A stretch of DNA of 64,000 nucleotides. It comes from Chitinophagales bacterium (GTDB lineage Bacteria > Bacteroidota > Bacteroidia > Chitinophagales > Chitinophagaceae). The first letter of the stretch is position 1. Each line of letters starts with the position of its first letter. Shown in pieces: positions 55,554 to 64,000 of the stretch. The position numbers and the translations under genes were made by a program. The notes beneath the pieces were generated by a model. It was not told where the DNA came from and searched no databases. It was given only the letters and a program-made list of their open reading frames with translations. The stretch spans positions 86,360 through 150,359 of the forward strand of contig JBBRQF010000004.1 of assembly GCA_038226715.1 (NCBI GenBank), in the 5' to 3' direction.

Positions 55554-58544
55554 CTAACTCATTTCTCTTTTTATTCGGATGATCACAGTTGTGCCCGCAG
55601 GATTTCCATGAATGTCTTTTACATCTGTGATTTCAATAGGTTGTATGGCAGGTGTGTTATTAAAACTTATCAGCCGTTGCAGGGTTATTCCTGTTGCCCT
55701 GGAAAGATGTCCTTCTGGTAATTGGTCATAATTACCGGCAGCATTTACTCTGCCTACCCCGTTATCTTTAATCTCACAAATGATCCATTGCTTTTCTGCG
55801 CTGATCCTTATGCTTAGTTTTTTATCTCCCTCTTTTTTACTCAATCCATGCCACAAGGCATTTTCAACAAAAGGTTGAAGTATCAATGAAGGTATTTTTT
55901 CCTGGTGTATAAGCAATTCCCGATCAATATTTTCTGAATAATCAAGATCAACATTCATCCTCAGTTTTTCCAGCTCAATATACAGTTGAATAGAGTTTAG
56001 CTCTTTTTCAATACTCACCAAGTTGGCATCAGCATTTTCCAGCACATGCCGCATCAGTTTTGCAAACTTGCTGATATAACTTCCTGCTTCATCTGTGCGG
56101 TTATGTATGATCAAAGATTGAATGGAGTTCATGGCATTAAAAATAAAATGAGGCTTCATCTGTGCTTTCAGTGCACTGCTTTCCAGTTCCTGTAACTGAC
56201 TTTTTAATTCTGCCCTTGTTCTTACCTGTTTTAAACGGTATTGAAAAAGACTTACAATTGCCGATGCCGATAAAATAATTAAGAATAACCTGAACCACCA
56301 GGTTTCCCAAAAAGGAGTTTTAATAATGAAAGAAAAAGAAACCGGAGTGCCCCAGTCGCTGGATGCTGTTTTTGCTTTTACGTAAAATGTATAATTCCCC
56401 GGTGAAAGTTTTACAAAGGTAATTGATGTATTCCTGTCAGGTTGACTCCAGTTGCTGTCAAGCCCCTGCAACTTGTAAGAATATTGCAGCCCGTTATAAT
56501 TTCCGAAACTGATACCGGTGAAATCGATCTGCAGGTTATTCTCATTATACAAAAGAGATACTGCGGCTTGTTGCGTCCAGAAATGTTGTAATGAGTTGAA
56601 CTTTTCAAGCAGTTTTCCTGAAGAAGAAAGTATACGGATCCGCTCTATGCTGATAGCTGGAATCACTGATTTAGTTGAAATACTGTCGGGGTTAAAACGA
56701 TATATTTCTGAAGATTTGCTGAGCCATACATAGCCATCCGATGCGCTGAGTAATTTTGCATTTTCAAGATCTGCCGGGTCTATCTCCAATGTGTTACCGA
56801 TATTAAAAACGGAAGGCTGGTTGTTGCCACTACTGTCAGGTTTTATTAATAAAAGCCCGGATGGTGTAACTACCCATAGTCTGTAGTATTTATCAATACA
56901 TGCACTGTTTACGACATTATTTGGCAGCCCGTTCGAAGTTGTAATATCCATATCTTTTTCGGGCAGGTTATGGGCGTTCCAGTGATAGCGGCTGATACCT
57001 GTTCCATTATTGTATATCCAGAACTTTCCTCCTGGTTCTTCCAGAAAAGAATAGCCGTAAATAGTTTTTGGAATTCCCAATTCTTCATTTACAGTAAACA
57101 AATTATCCTTCATATCAATGAGAAAGGAGCCGTTAAGCCGGGTACTTATAATTTGTAATCCATTATTGAAGGAGTGATTAATGTAAGGGTAGCGAATAAA
57201 TTCCCGGTTATTTGCCGAAATGAAATTTTCCTGTAATTTTTCATCACCAGTTTTAAATGTGTCTGCAGCAATACTCAGCCTCCTTTTTTTAAAATTGAAA
57301 TCAACGCCAAATGTATTAGTGGAATGGCCAGACAAGAAAGAGTAATCTTTTATATTCTTTTTATCCAGGCAAAAAAGCTTTTGAAACCTGGTAGAAAACC
57401 ACAGCCTGCCTTTATCATCCCAGCAGGAATAATCTATCAGGTCTCCTTTTTTTAAAGGAAGTGTAACCGGTGAAATTTTAAAATCGTTACCGGCAAAACT
57501 TAACATACCATTAATACGGCTATAAGCAATGATATTTTTTTTATCCGGCGTTTCCAGTACAGCATAGACACCCGATGTGTTATGGGTAAACCGGGATATG
57601 TCTTTTTCATTGACCAGGCCCAGTCCGTCAATACAGGCAATCCACAGATTGCCCGTTTTATCTTCCAGAATATCGGAGATAAGATTCTGCGTTACAGGGA
57701 TATGCCAGGTAAACTCTTTGGTATTGCCAGGTTCGCTGATCATTAATCCATTCTCTTCGGTACAAACCCAATAACGGTTCTTTGAATCTTTGTAAAAGGC
57801 ATAGATGATTTTATTATGTAGCGGCTGTTCAAAAACCCGAATTTGCCTATGACCATTAATTATAAAAAGCCCGTCTTCTGTTGCCAGGTAGGTTGTATCA
57901 TTAAACGAACGGATGCTCCTGAAATAAGGGCCGTAACCTCCTGTTTTTTCACCCAATAATTCATAATTGTTATTTCTCAACAGAATTAAATGATCACCAT
58001 AATTAAAATAGATGCCTTCTTTTGTTTCAATTACCTGGTGGCATGAATTGTTTTCAAGCCCTGGATAACATTTGATTTTTTGCCAATGATCTTTTTCAAA
58101 ATGATAAATACCATTTGAAGTAATGGCTATCATTCCCATGCTTTTTATGTAACTGATACCCGAATAATGAAGCTGGGCCGAATCACTTAACGGGTATGTG
58201 TAAAAATGCCCATTTTTTAAAGTGGCCATCCCTCGGCTGGTGGAGGCCCATAAATTGTTCGCACTATCTTCATACATAATGGCTCCATATAATGAAGGCA
58301 GACCATCCTTAAGGTTATAATTAACAAAATCTTTCCCGTCAAACCGGCTTATCCCATTCGTTGTACCTATCCATAAAAACCCCTTGCTGTCAGGTAACAT
58401 GGTCAAAATATATGAGTCAGGTAATCCATCTTTGACTGTATATTTATTTAGGGAGAAATGGTCTGACTGGGCCAGCAGGTTAGTGAAAATAATACTGAAT
58501 ATAATCAGCCATATTAATCTATATCTGTATTGTTTTTTTTGCAA
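55554..58544 (-). CDS. LytS-type sensor histidine kinase with periplasmic beta-propeller and Y_Y_Y domain
   Basis: Signal peptide, Reg_prop repeats (DSKGFLWIGT), YKLQGLD..W, TM helix, LKAQMKPHFIFN, LQPFVENALWHG, DNGVG. Confidence 0.92.
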   Translation of the reverse strand: MQKKQYRYRLIWLIIFSIIFTNLLAQSDHFSLNKYTVKDGLPDSYILTMLPDSKGFLWIGTTNGISRFDGKDFVNYNLKDGLPSLYGAIMYEDSANNLWASTSRGMATLKNGHFYTYPLSDSAQLHYSGISYIKSMGMIAITSNGIYHFEKDHWQKIKCYPGLENNSCHQVIETKEGIYFNYGDHLILLRNNNYELLGEKTGGYGPYFRSIRSFNDTTYLATEDGLFIINGHRQIRVFEQPLHNKIIYAFYKDSKNRYWVCTEENGLMISEPGNTKEFTWHIPVTQNLISDILEDKTGNLWIACIDGLGLVNEKDISRFTHNTSGVYAVLETPDKKNIIAYSRINGMLSFAGNDFKISPVTLPLKKGDLIDYSCWDDKGRLWFSTRFQKLFCLDKKNIKDYSFLSGHSTNTFGVDFNFKKRRLSIAADTFKTGDEKLQENFISANNREFIRYPYINHSFNNGLQIISTRLNGSFLIDMKDNLFTVNEELGIPKTIYGYSFLEEPGGKFWIYNNGTGISRYHWNAHNLPEKDMDITTSNGLPNNVVNSACIDKYYRLWVVTPSGLLLIKPDSSGNNQPSVFNIGNTLEIDPADLENAKLLSASDGYVWLSKSSEIYRFNPDSISTKSVIPAISIERIRILSSSGKLLEKFNSLQHFWTQQAAVSLLYNENNLQIDFTGISFGNYNGLQYSYKLQGLDSNWSQPDRNTSITFVKLSPGNYTFYVKAKTASSDWGTPVSFSFIIKTPFWETWWFRLFLIILSASAIVSLFQYRLKQVRTRAELKSQLQELESSALKAQMKPHFIFNAMNSIQSLIIHNRTDEAGSYISKFAKLMRHVLENADANLVSIEKELNSIQLYIELEKLRMNVDLDYSENIDRELLIHQEKIPSLILQPFVENALWHGLSKKEGDKKLSIRISAEKQWIICEIKDNGVGRVNAAGNYDQLPEGHLSRATGITLQRLISFNNTPAIQPIEITDVKDIHGNPAGTTVIIRIKREMS

Positions 58545-58548
58545 GAAT

Positions 58549-59310
58549 TTAAGGTTTGAAGAATTTCAAAAAGGCTTCTTTATTACTGCGTGAAACTTCT
58601 ATTTCTGCGCCATCATTCATTACCACGATACCCCCTTCTCCTTTTTTATACATTCTGACATGGGCAAGGTTTATCATGTAGGAGCGGTGTATCCGGAAAA
58701 AATTATGTTCACTTAAAATGTCCTCATATTGGCCCATATTGTAACTTGAAATTATCTTTTTTTTATCTGTAAAATAAAACTCGGTATAATTACTATTGGC
58801 ATGGCAATAGGAAATATCATCGATGGGGATTACCTGGTATCCTTCAGCAGAAGGAATGATAATCCTGCCAGGAATTTTTTGTGGGTTTTTGAGTTGCTGT
58901 TTTAACAATTCTAATTGAACGTGTGATGTTTTGCTGGATTCCTTTATTTTATAAACTGCTTTTTTTACAGCTTCCCGAAATTCGTCCACTGCTACCGGCT
59001 TCATCAGGTAATCCAGTGCATGATAACGAAATGCCTTTACTGCAAATTCATTGTATGCGGTGATGAAAATCAATTCAAATCCGGGATTTGTTATTTTGTT
59101 AAGAAGATCAAAGCCGTTTTCCTTTTGCAACTGAATATCTAAGAAAATAATACCAGGCTCAAATTTCGCGATACATAGCAAAGCTTCGGCTACCGAAGCG
59201 GCTTCGGCAATAATACTGATCTCAGGAAAAAACAAGGAAAGCATTTTTGTAATAAGTTTCCTGCTCTGAAATTCATCATCTACTATAAGAACACTTATAT
59301 TTTCTGTCAT
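58549..59310 (-). CDS. LytTR family response regulator
   Basis: VDDE, FLDIQ, FITAY, YLMKP receiver; FFRIHRSYMIN LytTR domain. Confidence 0.95.
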   Translation of the reverse strand: MTENISVLIVDDEFQSRKLITKMLSLFFPEISIIAEAASVAEALLCIAKFEPGIIFLDIQLQKENGFDLLNKITNPGFELIFITAYNEFAVKAFRYHALDYLMKPVAVDEFREAVKKAVYKIKESSKTSHVQLELLKQQLKNPQKIPGRIIIPSAEGYQVIPIDDISYCHANSNYTEFYFTDKKKIISSYNMGQYEDILSEHNFFRIHRSYMINLAHVRMYKKGEGGIVVMNDGAEIEVSRSNKEAFLKFFKP

Positions 59311-59588
59311 GGATAAAATCGATGGGTTAGGATGATCGCCATTGTAAAATACTAAAAAGAATTCATTAGTTTTAATGTATGGTTCTTATCCAGGGCAAAG
59401 AAAACTTACTGCGTGGTTTAGTGATTTTCATTTAACTTTATGCCATGCCTTTTCACCGGAACTTCACATATTATATCGACAAGCGTAACTGGAAGTATTA
59501 TTTCCTGCTTGCATCTCTTGCTCTTTGCGTCAATGGATAATTTTAATGATCTTAAAAATTATTCAATATTAATTAATAAATTTTAACA

Positions 59589-60746
59589 ATGGCACACTAT
59601 CATACATCAGGAAATATTCCCCATAAACGGCATACACAGTTTCGTAAACCTGATGGCGAATTATATTCCGAACAGCTATTTTCAACCGAAGGCTTTAGTA
59701 ACGATTATTCAATTTTATACCATTGCCATCCACCAACCGAGATCATTAAAACAGATGAGCCTGTAAACGTACAGCCGAAGGTTGCAGAAGAAAAAATGCT
59801 GAAGCACCGTAGCCTGGAAGGTTTCAACATTAAACCGGAAAAGGATTACCTGCAAAGCCGCAAAGCGGTGTTGGTAAATAACGACTGCCATATTGTATTG
59901 GCAGCACCACAACAAAGCATGACGGATTATTTTTATAAAAATGCCGATGCTGATGAAATGATATTTGTGCATGAAGGAACCGGTGTTTTAAAAACACAAT
60001 ACGGAAACCTGGATTTTGCCTACGGCGATTATTTAATTATACCGCGTGGTTCTATTTACCAGATAAGTTTTGCAACAGAAAACAACCGGTTGTTTATTGT
60101 GGAATCATTCAGCCCGATAAGATACCCAAAAAAATATGTAAGCAAACTCGGACAGTTGATGGAACATTCGCCTTTTTGCGAAAGAGATATCCGACAGCCA
60201 AAAGACCTGCAAACGATTGATGAGGCCGGCGATTTTTTAATTCAAACCAAAAAGAAAGGCGTATTATATGGCCTGCATTATGCCCATCATCCCTTTGATG
60301 TGGTGGGCTGGGATGGTTGTTGCTATCCATTTGCTTTTTCTATTCATGATTTTGAACCTATAACCGGAAGGGTACATCAGCCACCTCCGGTACACCAGAC
60401 TTTTGAGGCTAATAATTTTGTGGTATGTTCATTTTGTCCGCGTTTGTTTGATTACCATCCGCAGGCTATTCCGGCGCCTTATAATCACAGTAATATCGAT
60501 AGTGATGAAGTATTATATTATGTAGATGGTGATTTTATGAGCCGCAAGCATGTTACAAGAGGTATGATCACATTACATCCGGCTGGTATTCCACATGGGC
60601 CACATCCCGGAGCAGTTAAGAAAAGTATTGGCGCAAAAGAAACCAATGAACTGGCGGTAATGGTTGATACGTTTCACACCTTACAATTAACCGAAGCGGC
60701 TTTGCAAATAGAGAATGAAGGTTATGTTATGAGTTGGGCTGAGTAG
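59589..60746 (+). CDS. hmgA: Homogentisate 1,2-dioxygenase
   Basis: NADADE, HPFDVVGWDG, HQPPPVH, HSNIDSDE, TLHPAGIPHGP. Confidence 0.93.
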   Translation: MAHYHTSGNIPHKRHTQFRKPDGELYSEQLFSTEGFSNDYSILYHCHPPTEIIKTDEPVNVQPKVAEEKMLKHRSLEGFNIKPEKDYLQSRKAVLVNNDCHIVLAAPQQSMTDYFYKNADADEMIFVHEGTGVLKTQYGNLDFAYGDYLIIPRGSIYQISFATENNRLFIVESFSPIRYPKKYVSKLGQLMEHSPFCERDIRQPKDLQTIDEAGDFLIQTKKKGVLYGLHYAHHPFDVVGWDGCCYPFAFSIHDFEPITGRVHQPPPVHQTFEANNFVVCSFCPRLFDYHPQAIPAPYNHSNIDSDEVLYYVDGDFMSRKHVTRGMITLHPAGIPHGPHPGAVKKSIGAKETNELAVMVDTFHTLQLTEAALQIENEGYVMSWAE

Positions 60747-60783
60747 GTATTACTTATTAGGATATTGCCAGTATACCCATTTA

Positions 60784-60808
60784 CAATGACTTATTGACCA
60801 ATGACTAA
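60784..60808. repeat. CAATGAC-type 7-mer tandem
   Basis: caatgac ttattgac caatgac taa; same family as 62570-62625. Confidence 0.55.
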
Positions 60809-60875
60809 ACGCTTACCACATTTGGGTATTTTATTTTTGAATAATTAACAGCATCTTCACCGTTCACTAAATATA

Positions 60876-61373
60876 ATGATAATGTCTACTTATTATCCGC
60901 TAAAAACTGGCAACAGCTGGACCTACAAAACCAATGATGGCAGTACGTTTATCAATAGTATTGTTTCAGAAGATAATGGAACTTTCGGCATGACCAACTC
61001 CACAGTTGCACATACAACAGTTGTAAAAAAAGAAGGCAATACTTTTTTTACTGACAGTTATGAAGCCGGTAACCTGCAACCTTTTTTAAAAGAAGATGCA
61101 GCAGCAGGTGATACCTGGGAGATCAAATACAAAGCCAACACCATCGATAGTGTATTGGCTGTAGAAATAAAATCGGTTGGCGGCAATAGGGAAGTTGAAG
61201 GAAAGACCTACTCCGATGTTATGGAGATGGAGGGCAGCATGAGTTTTATTGTTAATGGAGCTATATACAGTGCCAACACAAAATATACCTGGTATTATGC
61301 AAAGGATGTAGGCCTGATATTGACTACGTCTACACTTGGAGACAATATGCCGCTAATAAGTTATACTTTATAA
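60876..61373 (+). CDS. Hypothetical protein, DUF3108-like beta-rich fold
   Basis: YYPLKTGNSWTY ... WYYAKDVGLI pattern; no signal peptide. Confidence 0.65.
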   Translation: MIMSTYYPLKTGNSWTYKTNDGSTFINSIVSEDNGTFGMTNSTVAHTTVVKKEGNTFFTDSYEAGNLQPFLKEDAAAGDTWEIKYKANTIDSVLAVEIKSVGGNREVEGKTYSDVMEMEGSMSFIVNGAIYSANTKYTWYYAKDVGLILTTSTLGDNMPLISYTL

Positions 61374-61465
61374 CAGGTAGGCAGCAAAGATTGTCAACGG
61401 AATAAAACTGTGGGGCTTTTTTTAGAAAATTGTTATTATATTTATCCAACAAAAAACAAAGCTGT

Positions 61466-61873
61466 ATGATAAAATTTAATGAAATTAAAGTAGGCGATTA
61501 TTTAATAGCTGATAACGATGGCGATAAGAAAGAAGGTGAGGTAACCGATCTGAATGGCAATGAAAAGCAGGTATGCGTAAACACTGGTGCCCAGGATTTC
61601 TGGTACGAAACTGAACAACTGAGTGCCATTCCGCTGGATGATGAACAGTTAGCCAAACTGAAATTTCATAAGGAAGAAAATGAAGATGGTACAGTAAAAT
61701 ATATGAAGGGGGCTTTCAGGATGATGTTACCTGCCAAAAATGATTTTTCAAAATTTGAGATCTGGTACCGCGATGAACACAGGCATATTATGCAACCCAT
61801 TAATATACACCAGTTGCAAAATCATTTTTATGAAATGACCAAGGTGCACCTGAATGACGAATCTTTTGACTAA
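61466..61873 (+). CDS. Hypothetical protein
   Basis: Start moved to ATG 61466 (MIKFNEIKVGDY); IPLDDEQL and IHQLQNHFYEMT motifs. Confidence 0.75.
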   Translation: MIKFNEIKVGDYLIADNDGDKKEGEVTDLNGNEKQVCVNTGAQDFWYETEQLSAIPLDDEQLAKLKFHKEENEDGTVKYMKGAFRMMLPAKNDFSKFEIWYRDEHRHIMQPINIHQLQNHFYEMTKVHLNDESFD

Positions 61874-61890
61874 AAACAATAATTTATACA

Positions 61891-61924
61891 AAAAGCCCTC
61901 TAATTAAAACCTGGGGGCTTTTTT
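61891..61924 (+). terminator. Intrinsic terminator
   Basis: AAAAGCCCTC / GGGGGCTTTTTT. Confidence 0.65.
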
Positions 61925-62116
61925 GTATAAATTCCTGTAAATAATTCATACATGTCATTTTTACTTTTTTAATAGTTTTGCTAAGAATTTTGATAAACCC
62001 CCGGTTTTGAGAAGCTTAGGGGTTAAAATAAGCGGGAATTTCCGCTTATTTGTGGAAAAATGCGGGAATTGTTGGTAATTCAATATGGTTTTTGTGGTTA
62101 ATTAAATAATTCCTCC

Positions 62117-62124
62117 TATCTTTG
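62117..62124 (+). promoter_or_regulatory. -7 promoter box (TATCTTTG) for infA operon
   Basis: TAnnTTTG 13 nt upstream of ATG; TTTG about 22 nt further upstream as candidate -33. Confidence 0.65.
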
Positions 62125-62137
62125 CGCTCCAAAAATT

Positions 62138-62356
62138 ATGGCTAAACAGGCACTTATTAAACAGGATGGAGTAATCATTGAAGCGTTAAGCAATGCTATG
62201 TTTAAGGTTAAATTGGAGAATGATCATGAGATTTTAGCCACAATTTCCGGAAAAATGAGGATGCACTATATCCGTATTTTACCCGGCGATAAAGTTGGTG
62301 TGGAAATGAGCCCTTATGATTTAACCAGGGGAAGGATCATTTTCAGGTATAAATAA
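62138..62356 (+). CDS. infA: Translation initiation factor IF-1
   Basis: MAKQ...[12 protein letters not shown]...[17 protein letters not shown]. Confidence 0.98.
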   Translation: MAKQALIKQDGVIIEALSNAMFKVKLENDHEILATISGKMRMHYIRILPGDKVGVEMSPYDLTRGRIIFRYK

Positions 62357-62360
62357 AAAC

Positions 62361-62431
62361 GTCAGTAGTGAGTCGTCAGGCGTGAGTAGGAAACTACCTC
62401 ATTTCATGATTCACGATTTACGATTCACGAT
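62361..62431. repeat. 7-mer tandem/inverted array in infA-rpmJ spacer
   Basis: gtcagta gtgagtc gtcaggc gtgagta ... catgatt cacgatt tacgatt cacgat. Confidence 0.7.
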
Positions 62432-62448
62432 AAGAAAAAAACAAACTA

Positions 62449-62565
62449 ATGAAAGTAAGAGCATCAATTAAAAAACGAAGTACAGATTGCAAGATCGTAA
62501 GAAGAAAGGGCAGGCTGTATGTGATCAACAAAAAGAATCCTCGTTTTAAGCAAAAGCAAGGATAA
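62449..62565 (+). CDS. rpmJ: 50S ribosomal protein L36 (Zn-ribbon-less form)
   Basis: Not in ORF track; [38 protein letters not shown]. Confidence 0.97.
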   Translation: MKVRASIKKRSTDCKIVRRKGRLYVINKKNPRFKQKQG

Positions 62566-62569
62566 AATC

Positions 62570-62625
62570 TGTCATTTGTCATTAAAGTCATTTTGAATGA
62601 CCAATGACCATTGACTTAATGACTA
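62570..62625. repeat. 7-mer tandem/inverted array (GTCATTT / AATGACC) in rpmJ-rpsM spacer
   Basis: gtcattt gtcatta aagtcattt ... aatgacc aatgacc attgact taatgact. Confidence 0.85.
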
Positions 62626-62655
62626 AAATATACTACTAAACAAATAAATTGAATT

Positions 62656-63033
62656 ATGGCTCGTATTGCCGGTATAGATTTACCAAAAAACAAAAGAGGC
62701 GAAATTGGCCTTACTTACATTTACGGAATTGGCCCTTCAACTGCTAAATACATTTTAACTAAGTCAGGAATTGACCATAGTAAAAAAGTAAACGAGTGGA
62801 ACGATGATGAGCAAACTGCCATTCGTAACGTAATTAATAACGAGTTTAAAACCGAAGGTGCTTTGCGTAGTGAAACCCAGATGAACATCAAACGTTTACT
62901 GGATATCGCATGTTACCGTGGTTTACGTCATCGTAAGGGATTACCTGTTCGCGGTCAACGTACTCGTACTAACAGCCGTCAGCGGAAAGGTAAGCGTAAG
63001 ACAGTTGCAGGTAAAAAGAAAGTAACTAAGTAA
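62656..63033 (+). CDS. rpsM: 30S ribosomal protein S13
   Basis: [10 protein letters not shown]...YIYGIG...[17 protein letters not shown]. Confidence 0.98.
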   Translation: MARIAGIDLPKNKRGEIGLTYIYGIGPSTAKYILTKSGIDHSKKVNEWNDDEQTAIRNVINNEFKTEGALRSETQMNIKRLLDIACYRGLRHRKGLPVRGQRTRTNSRQRKGKRKTVAGKKKVTK

Positions 63034-63063
63034 TATGCAAATGTGCCAATATGCAAATATGCA
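63032..63063. repeat. Four tandem 8-mers AATATGCA in rpsM-rpsK spacer
   Basis: aatatgca aatgtgcc aatatgca aatatgca. Confidence 0.8.
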
Positions 63064-63198
63064 GATTGGCCGTTTGATTTTATAGACTTCAACAATTTGA
63101 AGCAATACCAGATAGCCACGAAGTCGGCAGGAGGGTTGGTTCAGTCCCGGTTAAAATCAGGATATATTTTTTAAAAGATTACCTATCTAGATTAAATT

Positions 63199-63597
63199 AT
63201 GGCAAAAGCACAAGGCGCAAAAGCAGCCGCTAAAAAAAGAGTAGTAAAAGTTGACAGCTACGGAGATGCACACATTACTGCAAGTTTCAACAACATCATT
63301 ATTAGTTTAACCAATAAGCAGGGCCAGGTTATTAGCTGGAGCAGCGCAGGTAAAATGGGTTTCAGGGGTTCTAAAAAGAACACACCTTACGCAGCCCAGA
63401 TGGCCGCCGCAGATGCAGCTAAAACAGCTTTGGACGCAGGTTTAAAAAGAGTTGATGTATTTGTGAAAGGACCGGGAAGCGGCCGCGAAGGGGCTATCCG
63501 TTCTTTATCTCAAAATGGTATCGAGATCAATATGATCAAAGACGTTACGCCTTTGCCACATAATGGTTGCCGTCCTCCAAAGAAAAGAAGAGTATAA
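63199..63597 (+). CDS. rpsK: 30S ribosomal protein S11
   Basis: ASFNN, WSSAG..GF.GS.K.TPYAA, GPGSGRE, PHNGCRP. Confidence 0.98.
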   Translation: MAKAQGAKAAAKKRVVKVDSYGDAHITASFNNIIISLTNKQGQVISWSSAGKMGFRGSKKNTPYAAQMAAADAAKTALDAGLKRVDVFVKGPGSGREGAIRSLSQNGIEINMIKDVTPLPHNGCRPPKKRRV

Positions 63598-63600
63598 TTT

Positions 63601-63705
63601 CGATTTGGGATTTTAGATTTGCGATTTCAGATTTGGGAGGCTTCAAAAAACAAATTCTGCTGAAATCTTAAGAAAATCTAAAATCTACAATCCGAAATCT
63701 AAAAT
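63601..63705. repeat. 7-mer tandem/inverted array (NGATTTN / AAAATCT) in rpsK-rpsD spacer
   Basis: cgatttg ggatttt agatttg cgatttc agatttg ... aaaatct aaaatct acaatcc gaaatct. Confidence 0.85.
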
Positions 63706-63784
63706 ATTTAATAACCGGGTGCATTATTCATTTTAAAAGGTCTTTATAATGATGCATCGTCACTAAAAGACCACTATAACAACT

Positions 63785-64000
63785 ATGGCACGTTACACAG
63801 GCCCCAAAACAAAAATCTCCAGGATCTTCGGAGAACCCATTACAGGTAATGGAAAGTGGTTAACCAAGAACAGCAATCCTCCGGGAATGCATGGTGCTAA
63901 CCGCAAGCGTAAAACTTTAGGTGAATATGCTTTGCAATTAAGAGAGAAGCAAAAAGCCAAGTACACTTATGGTTTGCTTGAAAAACAATTCCGCAAAACA
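63785..64000 (+). CDS. rpsD: 30S ribosomal protein S4, truncated by window edge
   Basis: Not in ORF track; [16 protein letters not shown]...PPGMHG...[22 protein letters not shown]. Confidence 0.97.
   Translation, partial: MARYTGPKTKISRIFGEPITGNGKWLTKNSNPPGMHGANRKRKTLGEYALQLREKQKAKYTYGLLEKQFRKT

Noticed and set aside
62449-62565. Zn-ribbon-less L36 as a zinc-starvation paralogue
   Set aside because: It sits in the main ribosomal operon, and this form is to my knowledge normal in Bacteroidota
1-64000. tRNA, rRNA, IS transposase, integrase, riboswitch
   Set aside because: None recognised by eye; a covariance-model scan (tRNAscan-SE, Infernal/Rfam) would be needed to exclude small RNAs

Overview
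64 kb of chromosomal DNA from a Bacteroidota bacterium, most likely Chitinophagaceae (inference from gene content, TAnnTTTG -7 promoter boxes, a T9SS C-terminal-domain protein and a Zn-ribbon-less L36). It is mostly housekeeping and envelope genes: hpt, dnaJ/grpE, a fused 2-oxoacid dehydrogenase E1, kynA, iscS, glmM, rpe, hmgA and the start of the infA-rpmJ-rpsM-rpsK-rpsD operon. I found no tRNA, rRNA, CRISPR array, transposase or integrase. Four things stand out. (1) A metal-related locus at 45.3-48.4 kb: a Cys/His-rich leader ORF ending in a WQPP motif, like an arrest peptide, sits before a TonB-dependent receptor and is followed by an orphan encapsulated-ferritin (EncFtn)-type ferroxidase with no encapsulin and no targeting peptide. 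(2) A sensor kinase/LytTR pair lies upstream of an unannotated 36-aa membrane peptide, a signal-peptide-bearing repeat fibre with an S74 chaperone domain, and a secreted hypothetical protein (52-59.3 kb). (3) Two accessory lipoprotein genes alternate with composite direct repeats, one copy of which carries nested mini-palindrome insertions (19.8-22.2 kb). (4) Many 7-, 8- and 9-nt tandem or inverted repeat arrays occupy intergenic spacers, including every spacer of the ribosomal operon, and two extend into the 3' ends of genes. Product calls come from recognised motifs; no database search was run.
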